Below are positions 8,462-18,451 of a stretch of 64,000 nt of DNA, piece by piece. The translations under genes were made by a program, and so were the position numbers. Within the stretch, counting starts at the first letter, position 1, and each line of letters starts with the position of its first letter. Location of the stretch: positions 1,792,001 to 1,856,000 of the forward strand of contig OY969814.1 of the NCBI GenBank assembly GCA_963703345.1. Reading direction: 5' to 3'. This stretch comes from an uncultured Chloroflexia bacterium. Lineage in GTDB: Bacteria > Chloroflexota > Dehalococcoidia > DSTF01 > JALHUB01. A model generated the notes under the pieces. It did no database searches. It saw only the letters and a program-made list of their open reading frames with translations, and was not told the DNA's origin.

Positions 8462-10036
8462 CTAGATTCGAGCACGGCGGACGGAGAAGATGTCGGGGAC
8501 GGTGGTTAGCTCCTGGACGACTTCATCGGAGGGCGCGCTATCGAGGCCGAGCACCATCATCGCTTTGCCGCGCTCGCCGGCGACGCGCATGGAGTTGATG
8601 TTGACGTTGTGCTTGCCCAGGATCATGCCGACGGTGCCGATCATGCCGGGCCGGTCGACGTTGTTGCAGATGAGCAGGTGGCCGGCGCCCGGCGACACGT
8701 CGACCCAGAACTCGTTGATCTGGACGATGTGCGGCCCGTCGTGGCCCATCGTCCCGGAGACGGTGGTCATCCCGTCTTTCGTCGCGGCGCGCACCTGCAG
8801 GAGGTTGCTGAAGATGCCCTCATAGGCGCCCTTGCGCTCGCTTATCCGCAGGCCGCGGTGCTCGGCGACCAGGTTGGCGTTGACGATAGTAACGTTCTCT
8901 TCGCTGACCGGCTCCAGCAGGCCTTTGATGACGGCGGCTTTGAGCGGCGTCACGTCGTGGTCGGCGATCTCGCCCAGGTACTCCACTTCGACCGCACTTA
9001 GCTGACCAGCGCTGAGCTGAGTGGCCAGCGACGCCGTCATAATGGCGACGTTGACGTAAGGCCCGATGATCGCCATCGTCTCCGGCGGCAGGAGCGGCGC
9101 GTTCACGGCGTAGGCGGGCGGCTGGCCGCGGAAGACGGCCGCTATCTGATCGGCGACGTTGACGGCGACGCGCTCCTGCGCCTCGGCCGTAGACGCGCCC
9201 AGGTGCGGCGTAACGATGATGCGGTCGCTCTTGAAGAGGATGTTGTCCTGCGCCGGCTCCTTGCTGAACACGTCGAAGGCGGCACCGGCGACGCGTCCCT
9301 CTTCGACGGCGTTGTACAGCGCCTCTTCGTCGACGATGCCGCCGCGCGCGACGTTGATTATGCGGACGCAGGGCTTCACGAGCCGCAGCTCTTTCTCGCC
9401 GATGAGGCCGCGCGTCTGTGGCGTGAGCGCGGTATGGATGGCGATGTAGTCGGCGCGCTGGAGCAGCTCTTCGAGCGAGACCATCTCGACGATGAGCGCC
9501 TGCGCCCGCTCTTCAGAGACGAATGGGTCGCAGGCGATGATGTGCATGTCCAGGCCGCGCGCCCGCTTCGCCACTTCGGAGCCGATCTGACCGAGGCCGA
9601 TTATGCCCAGCGTCTTGCCGCGCACTTCGACGCCCATGAAGCGCTGCCGCTCCCACTTTCCGGCCTTGAGGGCGGCGTTGGCCTGCGGGATGTAACGCGA
9701 GAGCGCGAGCATGAGGGCGATGGCGTGCTCAGCGGCGGAGATTGAATTCCCCAGGGGCGCGTTGACGACGATGATGCCGCGTCGAGTGGCGGCGTCGAGG
9801 TCGATGTTGTCGACGCCGGCGCCGGCGCGGCCGATCACCTGCAGTCGCCTCGCCGCGTCGATAACGGGCGCAGTGACCTTCGTCTCGCTGCGGACGACGA
9901 GGGCGTCGTACTCGCCGATGATGCTTATCAGCTCCTCGACAGGGATGCCGAGCTTGACGTCGACCTGGGCGCAGCGCTGTAAGGCGGCGATGCCGTCCTG
10001 CGAGATCGGATCGGTAACGAGAACCTTGCGGTCCAT
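8462..10036 (-). CDS. serA: D-3-phosphoglycerate dehydrogenase (with ACT domain)
   Basis: 'GRAGAGVDNID', 'GLGQIG', 'NVARGG', 'TPHLGASTAEAQ', C-terminal 'DRPGMIG'. Confidence 0.95.
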   Translation of the reverse strand: MDRKVLVTDPISQDGIAALQRCAQVDVKLGIPVEELISIIGEYDALVVRSETKVTAPVIDAARRLQVIGRAGAGVDNIDLDAATRRGIIVVNAPLGNSISAAEHAIALMLALSRYIPQANAALKAGKWERQRFMGVEVRGKTLGIIGLGQIGSEVAKRARGLDMHIIACDPFVSEERAQALIVEMVSLEELLQRADYIAIHTALTPQTRGLIGEKELRLVKPCVRIINVARGGIVDEEALYNAVEEGRVAGAAFDVFSKEPAQDNILFKSDRIIVTPHLGASTAEAQERVAVNVADQIAAVFRGQPPAYAVNAPLLPPETMAIIGPYVNVAIMTASLATQLSAGQLSAVEVEYLGEIADHDVTPLKAAVIKGLLEPVSEENVTIVNANLVAEHRGLRISERKGAYEGIFSNLLQVRAATKDGMTTVSGTMGHDGPHIVQINEFWVDVSPGAGHLLICNNVDRPGMIGTVGMILGKHNVNINSMRVAGERGKAMMVLGLDSAPSDEVVQELTTVPDIFSVRRARI

Positions 10037-10058
10037 TCTTCCTTTCGCCGGAAGCAGT

Positions 10059-11156
10059 TTAGACGGCGGCGGCCGCGAATCCGACCCTCGGCAGCGCCAG
10101 CTTCAGGGCGTCGAGGCAGGCGGTGATGTCGGCGTCGCTGACGAGGCCGAGGTGGCCGATGCGGAAGATCTTGCCCGCTAGAGCCGCCTGTCCGCCGGCG
10201 AGGACCGTATCGTACTCCTCGCGCATTAGCTTGACGAGCGCCTTGCCGTCGACGCCTTCCGGCACCTTGACGGCGGTGACGGTGTTGGAGGCGAACTTCT
10301 CGTCGGCCAGCAACTTCAGCCCGAGCGCCTTCACGCCATCGCGGGTGAGCTTGCCGATGCGCTGGTGCCGGGCGAAAATGCCGGGCAGGCCTTCGGCAAG
10401 CATCATCTTGAGAGCGACGTCGAGGGCGAAGAAGACGGAGATGGCGGGAGTCCAGGGCGTCTGGTCGGTCTCCATGTACTTCTTCGCCTTCCCCACATCG
10501 AAGTAGTAGCGCGGCATCTTTGCCACGTCGTAGGCCTTCCAGGCGCGTTCGCTCACCGAGATCATGGCCAGCGCCGGCGGCACCATCCAGCCCTTCTGCG
10601 ACCCGGTGACGACGACGTCGAGGTCCCAGGCGTCGACCGGGCAGGGCACGGCGCTGAGGCTGCTGACAGCGTCGACGATCACTAAGGCGTTGTGCTTGCG
10701 GGCGACGGCGGCCAGCTCCTTCAGGGGGTTGGTCACGCCGGTGGAGGTCTCGTTGTGCGTGAATAGGACGGCCTTGTAGCCGGGCGCGGCGGCAAGCGCC
10801 TTGTCGAGCTCCGCGGGATCGGCGGCGGTGCCCCAGGCGAAAGGCAGCTTCGTCACGTCGGCGCCGTAGGTCTTGGCGATGTCGGCGAAGCGGTCGCCGA
10901 AAGCGCCGATCGACACGACGAGCACGCGGTCGCCGGGCGAGAGGAAGTTGACGACGGCGGTCTCCATGCCGCCGGTGCCGGAGGTGGTGAGGATGAAGAC
11001 GTCGTTTTCGGTCTCGAAGACCTTCTTGACGCCGGCAGTGAGTCGCTGCAGTATGCCGCCGAACTCAGGGCCGCGGTGGTTGATCATCTGGCGGGACATC
11101 GCCTTCAGGGCTTCGTCGGCACAGGGAGTCGGTCCGGGGATTCGCAGGTTCGTCAT
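10059..11156 (-). CDS. Class V PLP aminotransferase (alanine-glyoxylate/serine-pyruvate family)
   Basis: 'IPGPT', 'HNETSTGV', 'VDAVSS', 'TGSQKG', 'FRIGHLG'; start ATG 11156 with GGAGG RBS. Confidence 0.92.
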   Translation of the reverse strand: MTNLRIPGPTPCADEALKAMSRQMINHRGPEFGGILQRLTAGVKKVFETENDVFILTTSGTGGMETAVVNFLSPGDRVLVVSIGAFGDRFADIAKTYGADVTKLPFAWGTAADPAELDKALAAAPGYKAVLFTHNETSTGVTNPLKELAAVARKHNALVIVDAVSSLSAVPCPVDAWDLDVVVTGSQKGWMVPPALAMISVSERAWKAYDVAKMPRYYFDVGKAKKYMETDQTPWTPAISVFFALDVALKMMLAEGLPGIFARHQRIGKLTRDGVKALGLKLLADEKFASNTVTAVKVPEGVDGKALVKLMREEYDTVLAGGQAALAGKIFRIGHLGLVSDADITACLDALKLALPRVGFAAAAV

Positions 11157-11269
11157 GGCTGCCTCCGTGTGTAGTGTGACTTCATGGTAGTCATTAGTGA
11201 AAATTGGATCAAGTGAATGGACTGCCGACTGTGTTAGAATAGCTGATACTCCAATCGAAGGGAAGCGCC

Positions 11270-12649
11270 GTGACAAGCCCCTATCGCCGGTTGCCCAGCG
11301 TCGAGCGCCTGCTGAGCGACGAGCGACTCAGCGGCTTCAGAGACGTCTACGCGCCGCACATCGTCGTCGAAATGGCGCGCGAGGAGCTGGAGCGCATCAG
11401 GGCGGCCATCGCCGGAGGCAAGGCAGCGCCGTCGTACGAGGAGATCGTCGCTTCGCTCGTCGACCGGCTGAAAGCGGCGACGACGCCCGGCCTGCGGCGC
11501 GTGATCAACGCAACGGGCGTAATCATCCACACCAACCTCGGCCGCGCGCCGCTTTCGGCGGAGGCGATGGCCGCCATGAGCGCCGTCAGCGGCGGCTACA
11601 GCAACCTTGAGTTCGATCTTGCGGAAGGCGAACGCAGCAACCGCCACGTCCACGTCGAATCGCTGCTCCGCCGGCTGACCGGTGCGGAAGCGGCGCTGGC
11701 GGTCAACAACAACGCCGCTGCCCTCCTCCTGGCGCTGTCGGCGCTCGCGCGTGAAAGAGAGGTCGTCATCTCCCGCGGCCAGCTCGTCGAGATCGGCGGC
11801 GGCTTTCGGATACCGGAGATCATGGCAGAGAGCGGCGCCCGCCTCGTCGAAGTGGGCACGACGAATCGCACCTACCTGCGCGACTACGAGGCCGCCATCA
11901 CGGAGAGGACGGCGGCCTTCCTGCACGTCCACACGAGCAACTTCCGCATGGTCGGCTTCACGGAGTCGGTATCGACGGCGGCGCTGGCGCGGCTGGCGCA
12001 CGAACGCGGGCTGCTGCTGCTGGACGATCCGGGCAGCGGCTGCCTGCTAGATACGACGCAGTTCGGCCTGGGCAAGGAGCCGACGCTCCAGGAGACCCTC
12101 GCGGCGGGTGCGGACCTGGTCTTCTCATCCGGCGACAAGCTGCTCGGCGGGCCGCAGGCGGGCATCGCGCTGGGCCGGCGCGAGCTCGTCGAGACGCTGA
12201 AGAAGCACCCGCTGGCGCGTTCGGGACGGCTGGACAAGGGCGCGATTGCGGCGCTGGCGGCGACGCTTCTGCATTATGTAAAGCAGGAGGCCACCGAGAA
12301 GGTGCCCGTCTGGCGGATGATCGCCCTGCCGGCAGCGGAGATCGAGGGGCGCGCGAAGGCGTGGGCGAAAGCGCTGGCGAAGGCGGCGCGCGTCGTCGAC
12401 GGCCGGTCGATGGTCGGCGGCGGCAGCTTGCCGGAGGAAAGCTTGCCGACGAAGCTGCTGGCGCTCGGCGGCGACTCGCTGGACGTCACGTCGCTTGCCC
12501 GACGGCTGCGGCTCGGCGATCCGCCGGTCGTTGCGCGAGTGGAACGCGATACGCTGCTCCTCGATCCGCGCACGGTCAACCCGAGCGAGGACGCGCAGGT
12601 CGTCGCCGCGCTGCAAACCGCGATACGTACTTCCCCAACGCCTGACTGA
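11270..12649 (+). CDS. selA: L-seryl-tRNA(Sec) selenium transferase
   Basis: 'VINATGVIIHTNLGRAPL', 'VNNNAAA', 'SRGQLVEIGGGFRIP', 'EVGTTNRT', 'SGDKLLGGPQAG'. Confidence 0.96.
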   Translation: MTSPYRRLPSVERLLSDERLSGFRDVYAPHIVVEMAREELERIRAAIAGGKAAPSYEEIVASLVDRLKAATTPGLRRVINATGVIIHTNLGRAPLSAEAMAAMSAVSGGYSNLEFDLAEGERSNRHVHVESLLRRLTGAEAALAVNNNAAALLLALSALAREREVVISRGQLVEIGGGFRIPEIMAESGARLVEVGTTNRTYLRDYEAAITERTAAFLHVHTSNFRMVGFTESVSTAALARLAHERGLLLLDDPGSGCLLDTTQFGLGKEPTLQETLAAGADLVFSSGDKLLGGPQAGIALGRRELVETLKKHPLARSGRLDKGAIAALAATLLHYVKQEATEKVPVWRMIALPAAEIEGRAKAWAKALAKAARVVDGRSMVGGGSLPEESLPTKLLALGGDSLDVTSLARRLRLGDPPVVARVERDTLLLDPRTVNPSEDAQVVAALQTAIRTSPTPD

Positions 12650-12723
12650 TCCACCATCGAGCGGAAAACGACTGAGCCCCGATATTGTGGGGGCCCAGTT
12701 GTTCAGCGCGACCCGTTCTCAGT

Positions 12724-15192
12724 TCAGTGGTTGCCAAAGGGGTTAATCGGACAACCAGCCTCGTTCGCGGCCTCAAACATGTTCGTTGTCGCCGCATAGT
12801 CGCCGCTGTCGAACGCCGCTTGGAAGGCGGCAATTACCTCCGCCGGCGTATCGATTGCCGGTGGAGGAGAGGTGTAAGGGTTGGTGGCATTCAAGAGAGC
12901 CGCGACGGCCTGCCGGCCCAAGGCGCTCAAGCCACCGCCACCGTACCAAAGGACGTGAAGCAACGGAGGGTCTCCGGCAAACGCATTACGCCCAAACACG
13001 CGGTTGAAGGAATCTGACGGCCTATAGAGCGTCTCCAGCCAGGGCCAGGTCCATCGCCTCCAGAAGCCAAGCGAGCAACCGGTCACTCGTGAGGGTGTTG
13101 TGGCCGGCGTGGGCGTTGCCGTCTTCGTTGGTTTCGGCGTTACCGTTTGACACGGCGGTTTTGGCGTTGGCGTCGCCGTCTTCGTCTTCATCGCCGTCGG
13201 CGTAGATGTCTTCGTTGGTTTCGGCGTTGCCGTCTGACACGGCGGTTTTGGCGTTGGCGTCGCCGTCTTCGTCTTCGTCGGGGTCGGACTCGCCGTATCC
13301 GTCGGCGTCGGCGTAGCGGTATCCGTAGGCGTCTGAGTGGCAGTGTCGGTCGGCGTTGGCGTCCACGTGTCCGTCGGCGTGTTCGTCGGCGTGTTCGTCG
13401 GCGTGTTCGTCGGCGTGTTCGTCGGCGTGTTCGTCGGTGTGTTCGTCGGCGTATTCGTCGGCGTGTTCGTCGGCGTATTCGTCGGCGTGTCCGTCGGCGT
13501 GTTCGTCGGCGTGTTCGTGATCGTCGGCGTGTTGGTCGGCGTGATCGTCGGCGTGTCCGTCGGCGTGTTCGTCGGCGTGTTCGTGATCGTCGGTGTGTCC
13601 GTCGGCGTGTTCGTGATCGTCGGCGTGTTCGTCGGCGTGTTCGTGATCGTCGGCGTGTTGGTCGGCGTGATCGTCGGCGTGTTCGTCGGTGTGTTCGTCG
13701 GCGTGTTCGTGATCGTCGGCGTGTTGGTCGGCGTGATCGTCGGCGTGTTCGTCGGTGTAATCGTCGGCGTGTTCGTGATCGTCGGCGTGTTGGTCGGCGT
13801 GATCGTCGGCGTGTTCGTCGGTGTGTTCGTCGGCGTAATCGTCGGCGTGTTCGTGATCGTCGGCGTGTTGGTCGGCGTGATCGTCGGCGTGTTCGTCGGT
13901 GTGTTCGTCGGCGTAATCGTCGGCGTGTTCGTCGGCGTGTTCGTCGGCGTCGCTGTAGCGGTATTCGTCGGGGTGGGAGTAGGCAGGCAATTGTAGAAGT
14001 CAAGATCACTGCTGTTGCCGTCGGCCGCAACCGTCCGCTCGTAGCAGACACCATAGGGCAGATGCAAGCCGGTACCGCTGGAAGGCGTTGGGGCGCTCTG
14101 TATGCGACCGGGCTGCGCCGACAGGTCCTCGCAGATGGCGTAAGTGCCGGACGGCACGTTCTCGAAAGTGTAGACGCCCGTGTTGTCGGTGGTTGTTTCC
14201 CCCGCCAGCGTTTCGCCGGGAAGCTGCAGCAGCTTGATGGGCACGCCGGCGAGCGGCGAATTGATTCCGGCACTGCCGTCGCAGTTCTGATCGTCGTACT
14301 TGTGGCCGGAGAGGTTGACGCAGATGTCCGCCATCTCCAGCGATATCTCACTGTAGATGTCAGGAAGCGTCGAAGCGTCCTGGACGATACGCGTGTAGCC
14401 GGGGCTCTTGGCGATGTCCGTGAGAAGGGAGGTGTCAAGCTCGTCGGGGTTGCACGACATGGGATCGCAGGGCAGGTGATAGGCGCCGCATGTCGAGCTG
14501 CCGATGCCGACGGTGTAGACGGTGTCAGCGGCGGCGTGAAGGCCCGGGATGGCGTTCTCTGTGTCCGCTCGCCTCTGATGAGTCGCGTCGCAGGTTGTGC
14601 CGTAAGTAGGATCGCCGTCGGCGTAATTTCTGCCGTCTGAGAGGACGACGACGGCCTTGTAGGAGCCGTTAGGGCCGCCATGGACGTGCGCATTCAGGTC
14701 ATTCGTCGCCCTCGTGAGGGCGGGAGCGATGTAGGTGTCGGTTTGTGGCGGAGGATTGGTGATTCCGTTGACTGCCGCACGAATGGCGTCGGCGTCGCTG
14801 CTGAAAGGGATGACGAGATTGATGGGCGCCCCTCCGTCGAAAGTCATCACCTCGACGTGGTCGTTGCCCAGGCTGTGACCGGAGGGCCCGCCGGCAATCG
14901 CGTCGACAAGCGTTACCGCGGCTATCTTAGCCCAGTAAAGGCGGGTCTTTGGCGGGCTGCCGCTGTAGTTGGTGATCATGCTGCCTGTCCGGTCGATGAT
15001 GATGACCACGTCGAGGTCGGCCGGGACGAGACATTGAGCCGGCGGAGTCGCATCAACGACTCCCGCGGACTGCGACATGGTGGCCGCGCTGCCCCTGGCC
15101 GAGTTGACGATACATAAGGCGACAACCGCGGCAAGCACTATGATGAACGAGGGCACAACTAATCGAGCCCGGAGAAGCTTCTTGCGACTCAT
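12724..15192 (-). CDS. Secreted protein: vWA domain, SdrD/CnaB-like Ig domain, long Pro/Thr repeat linker, C-terminal 'GCSLGFW' domain
   Basis: Signal peptide; MIDAS-like 'IIIDRTGSM' and 'VVLSDGRN'; '[13 protein letters not shown]...[23 protein letters not shown]'; (TPTN/TPTI)n. Confidence 0.85.
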   Translation of the reverse strand: MSRKKLLRARLVVPSFIIVLAAVVALCIVNSARGSAATMSQSAGVVDATPPAQCLVPADLDVVIIIDRTGSMITNYSGSPPKTRLYWAKIAAVTLVDAIAGGPSGHSLGNDHVEVMTFDGGAPINLVIPFSSDADAIRAAVNGITNPPPQTDTYIAPALTRATNDLNAHVHGGPNGSYKAVVVLSDGRNYADGDPTYGTTCDATHQRRADTENAIPGLHAAADTVYTVGIGSSTCGAYHLPCDPMSCNPDELDTSLLTDIAKSPGYTRIVQDASTLPDIYSEISLEMADICVNLSGHKYDDQNCDGSAGINSPLAGVPIKLLQLPGETLAGETTTDNTGVYTFENVPSGTYAICEDLSAQPGRIQSAPTPSSGTGLHLPYGVCYERTVAADGNSSDLDFYNCLPTPTPTNTATATPTNTPTNTPTITPTNTPTNTPTITPTNTPTITNTPTITPTNTPTNTPTITPTNTPTITNTPTITPTNTPTITPTNTPTITNTPTNTPTNTPTITPTNTPTITNTPTNTPTITNTPTDTPTITNTPTNTPTDTPTITPTNTPTITNTPTNTPTDTPTNTPTNTPTNTPTNTPTNTPTNTPTNTPTNTPTNTPTDTWTPTPTDTATQTPTDTATPTPTDTASPTPTKTKTATPTPKPPCQTATPKPTKTSTPTAMKTKTATPTPKPPCQTVTPKPTKTATPTPATTPSRVTGCSLGFWRRWTWPWLETLYRPSDSFNRVFGRNAFAGDPPLLHVLWYGGGGLSALGRQAVAALLNATNPYTSPPPAIDTPAEVIAAFQAAFDSGDYAATTNMFEAANEAGCPINPFGNH
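13100..13980 (-). repeat. Coding tandem repeat (mainly 12/18-bp units) encoding a TPTN/TPTI linker
   Basis: gtcggcgtgttc / gtgatcgtcggcgtgtt units; duplicated '[15 protein letters not shown]' block. Confidence 0.92.
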
Positions 15193-15435
15193 TTTTCGCT
15201 CCTCTTCCCATAAGGACGCACTGAATGACTTCTCCGGGGCGGGGGCAGGAGCAAGCCTGGTCGGGGATTCTTGCTTGCCTATTAAAGCACAAATTCTCTC
15301 GTATGTCTATACGGCCATCGCCGTCCGAAGCTGAACATGACCACTTTCTTCGTGTTGGGAGGCAAAGACGGAGGCCGGCGCCGGCCGCGACAGATTCGGC
15401 GAGCAGCAACGCCTCGCGGAGGCGAGAGATGGAGG

Positions 15436-15451
15436 ACTGGCTCCCCGAGCA
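15436..15451 (-). repeat. Copy of the tRNA-Asn 3' end (att-like site)
   Basis: actggctccccgagca is identical to 18381-18396; 14 bp match the tRNA-Asn 3' end at 18704-18717. Confidence 0.7.
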
Positions 15452-15505
15452 CCAGGGAGGGGCGCCAGTTGTTACCGGCGAGGCCCTAACTTCTCACGCG
15501 CGACC

Positions 15506-16069
15506 GATCTGATCATCGCCGACACGGGCAACAACGTCGTCCGCTGGGTCCACGGCCCTTCCGGCCTGATCGGTACCCTTGCCGGCACGGGAACCGCCGG
15601 TTTCTCCGGCGACGGCGGCGTTGCCGTTCAGGCCAAGCTCAACGGCCCGGAGGCCCTGGCGTCCGATGGTTCCCTCGCTGTCCTCATCGCCGATACTCAG
15701 AACAACCGGCTGCGCCGCGTCACCTTCGGTGATGCCACGATCACCACCGTCGCCGGCGGCGGCAGCGGCTGCGATGCGAATCAGACGGCGCCCTACGACG
15801 GCTGCCCGGCGACGGACGCTGTCCTCGATCATCCAGCGGGAGTCGCTCTCGGAAGTTGCCAGACCTCGGATACCGGCAGTCAGGCTATCCGCGGAATCGA
15901 TTCGTGCACCGGGTTGCCCGTCGGCGGCTTCACCGGCTCGACAGGTTGCACATACGGCACGACGGCCACTATCGACGTTGTATTCATGCTCCTTCCTCTC
16001 GGGCTGGTCCTCAGCCGAAGGCGCATCAGATCCATGTTCGGACAGATTCGGAGGGTGAGCAAGCTATGA
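15506..16069 (+). pseudogene. 5'-truncated NHL-repeat surface protein with C-terminal TM anchor (not in ORF track)
   Basis: Hand translation: DLIIADTGNNVVRWV...LAGTGTAGFSGDGG...LNGPEALA...LIADTQNNRLRRV...ITTVAGGG...PVGG...VVFMLLPLGLVLSRRRIR; no start codon; TGA overlaps the next ATG (ATGA). Confidence 0.8.
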
Positions 16070-18072
16070 GCTTCGTCAGGCGCGGGGCCCGAACCGTCTT
16101 GGCGTTCGCAATCTCGGCAGCCGTCCTTGGTGCGGCCGCAAGCGCCCTAATGGCGGTATTCCCCGCATCGGGAAGGACGGCCGTCGCCACCACCCCCTAC
16201 CCTACGCCGGCTCTGAAGTGGGACGTGTCCATGTCGGACAAGATACCCACTCCCGCTATAACATGCCCGCAGCAGCCGCCGGGGGACAATGATGGAAACA
16301 TCGACCCGGGCGAGTCTCCCAACGTGACCAACGAGTTTTGGATTCAGCCGAACGGTGGTGTGGGCGGAGCTCAGCCCATGTTTGATAGAGCAAATGTCAT
16401 ATGGATGACGGGGCCGCTTCTTGGGAGCGATGTGACGGCGCCGCAAGACGGCTTGGCCCCCAAGCGGGTCAATACGGTGGGCGCCAAGGTGGGCATGGTC
16501 AGCATTCAGATGCAGTCGAACATGTTCACGGGAACGTTGACCACAAACAACATCGATGATATCGCCAGCGCCGCAGACTCCACGCTTAACGGCCAGCCGC
16601 CGCGCTGTGGAGCCGACGTCACCGGCGACGGCCGTCCGGACACGCTTGCTCTTACGGACTCCTTCGAGCTTTGGAACGCCGCCTTCCACACGGACGGCAG
16701 CGACCCCATCATCGAGTACGGGGAGGCTCAGGCGCCGGACAGTGCATTTCCGTCCGGCTGCGACGTGAGTGGCAGTACTCCGAATCATGCGTGCGCTCCC
16801 CGGGCCATACGCGGACTACCAAGGCCCATACTGGCCCTCGAGACCGCCATGGGCTTGACGTCGGCTTCCAGGGTGAGTCGCGCCTACGGTATCGCCAAGC
16901 TTCCCATCGTCGGCGGCATCACCAGTAATCTCGACGTCAACTTCCTGGTCTACAGCCTGCATAACAAAGGGACAAACGGCTACTTGAGTGTCACCCTCAT
17001 CCAGTATCCGGGCCTGCCCTCAGCAGATCCAACCAACGCGAACTACAACCCGCTGTCGCAGAGCGTCCAGACCTGTCCTCCCTATTGGAGCTCGGCCACC
17101 GTCTACGGCGTCACTTCCAGCCCTGATTTCGATGAGGACGGAGTGTCTGACCTAGCCGTGACGTCGGAGATCAACCGCCTAGTTCAGCCGCAAACGGTGA
17201 CGGGGAAGTCCTACGACTACTACATCGAGACCTCCATGGCCGCCGACTACGACGGCGATGGGATTCCCGCCTATGCCGACCGCTGTCGCACCGATCCCGC
17301 TTCGGGCAGCGCCACCAGCGACAGCGACGGCGACGGCCTATCGGGGACCTGCGACACGAACGGCCAGAACAACACTCCAGCGAGTGGGAGCTGGAAGAGT
17401 AAGCCGCCCTGGGACGACAACCAGGACGTGGACCATGACGGGATCCTGAACTCTGTGGACAACTGCCCGACCGCCTGGAACCCCGACCAGAAGGACACAG
17501 ACGGCGACAGCGTGGGGGATGCCTGTGACCCTGCCCCCACAATCCCGGGCGACGGGCACGGCTACGCTAGCCCGGCCCCCGGCATGTTCGTCCGCTATGT
17601 CGACATCTGCCGGGATCCGTGGACTGTCGGCCAGCCTGAGCTGAGCGGCAGCGGCGACCCCGGTCGACAGTGCTTGAAACAAGACGGCGTGATCACGAAC
17701 TGGCAGGACTCCAATAATGACGGCGTGCCCGACTACCTAGACATGAGATCCTTAACCCCACCCGGCCCCCTTCTGGCTGACTGCCACAGCGATAGCGACC
17801 ACGACGGATTCGTGGATGCAATGGAGGCGGCGCCCACTAATGTGGAGCCCTGTCCGGCATTCGGGTTTGCCAAAGCCAGCGACCCACTCGATGCCTCCTC
17901 TCCAGGAGGTGGGGTAGCTGTTGGCGGGATAGCGGAGCCACCCACCGAATCAGGCTCCTACGCTGAACATGGTTCCGCGCTTCCCTTCAGTGTCCTCGCC
18001 GCGCTCATGCTTCTCGCCGCCGTCGCCGTCCTCATCGCGTTCGGAGACTGGTACCGTCGCCGGCACAACTGA
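16066..18072 (+). CDS. Secreted/surface protein with thrombospondin type-3-like Ca-binding repeats and a C-terminal anchor
   Basis: Signal peptide from ATG 16066; 'DVDHDGILNSVDNCPTAWNPDQKDTDGDSVGDACD'; 'VGGIAEP' + TM + RRRH tail. Confidence 0.82.
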   Translation: MSFVRRGARTVLAFAISAAVLGAAASALMAVFPASGRTAVATTPYPTPALKWDVSMSDKIPTPAITCPQQPPGDNDGNIDPGESPNVTNEFWIQPNGGVGGAQPMFDRANVIWMTGPLLGSDVTAPQDGLAPKRVNTVGAKVGMVSIQMQSNMFTGTLTTNNIDDIASAADSTLNGQPPRCGADVTGDGRPDTLALTDSFELWNAAFHTDGSDPIIEYGEAQAPDSAFPSGCDVSGSTPNHACAPRAIRGLPRPILALETAMGLTSASRVSRAYGIAKLPIVGGITSNLDVNFLVYSLHNKGTNGYLSVTLIQYPGLPSADPTNANYNPLSQSVQTCPPYWSSATVYGVTSSPDFDEDGVSDLAVTSEINRLVQPQTVTGKSYDYYIETSMAADYDGDGIPAYADRCRTDPASGSATSDSDGDGLSGTCDTNGQNNTPASGSWKSKPPWDDNQDVDHDGILNSVDNCPTAWNPDQKDTDGDSVGDACDPAPTIPGDGHGYASPAPGMFVRYVDICRDPWTVGQPELSGSGDPGRQCLKQDGVITNWQDSNNDGVPDYLDMRSLTPPGPLLADCHSDSDHDGFVDAMEAAPTNVEPCPAFGFAKASDPLDASSPGGGVAVGGIAEPPTESGSYAEHGSALPFSVLAALMLLAAVAVLIAFGDWYRRRHN

Positions 18073-18169
18073 AGCTGCCCAATAGCGGAAGCGACCGGAG
18101 ATCCGCCTTCGCGAAGCCCTTCTCGCAGTCGAAGGAGCTCCCCTGTTCCCAGTCCCTGGCCCGCTCGAG

Positions 18170-18424
18170 ATGGGCTTCGTCGCGACGGAGACAGTGCGGA
18201 CGGCTCTTGGCGAGTTCGGCAGGGTTTACGAGTGTCTCACGCCGTACGAGCGGAAGGAACTCGTACGGCTCGTCCTGCGCCGCGTCGAGGTGAACGACCG
18301 ACAGATCGCGATGGAACTGTACCCCTTCGACTTGCCACAAACGGAGGTGGCCCAGAGCAGTTTACGCTCTGAGCCACCAAACTGGCTCCCCGAGCAGGAC
18401 TCGAACCTGCAACCTAGCGGTTAA
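18170..18424 (+). pseudogene. C-terminal remnant of a large serine recombinase, reading into the tRNA-derived att site
   Basis: 'LTPYERKELVRLVLRRVEV' resembles serine-integrase C-termini; ends 'WLPEQDSNLQPSG*', the antisense translation of the tRNA 3' half; no catalytic domain. Confidence 0.6.
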
Positions 18425-18451
18425 TCCGCCTCGGGCGGACCCGCTCTACCG
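18383..18451 (-). repeat. Degenerate tRNA-Asn copy (D-loop to CCA) with hairpin substitution
   Basis: 18383-18424 = 18704-18745 (42 bp) and 18440-18451 = 18752-18763; cagccg is replaced by tccgcctcgggcgga. Confidence 0.9.

Larger units (their letters stand above)
15452..18382. mobile_element. Decayed tRNA-Asn-integrated island
   Basis: Bounded by direct copies of the tRNA-Asn 3' end; contains a headless NHL gene, a TSP3-repeat surface protein and a recombinase C-terminal remnant. Confidence 0.6.

Noticed and set aside
13022-14693. Long Arg-rich, Val/Gly-rich and His/Asp-rich ORFs
   Set aside because: Alternative-frame shadows of the TPTN coding repeat.
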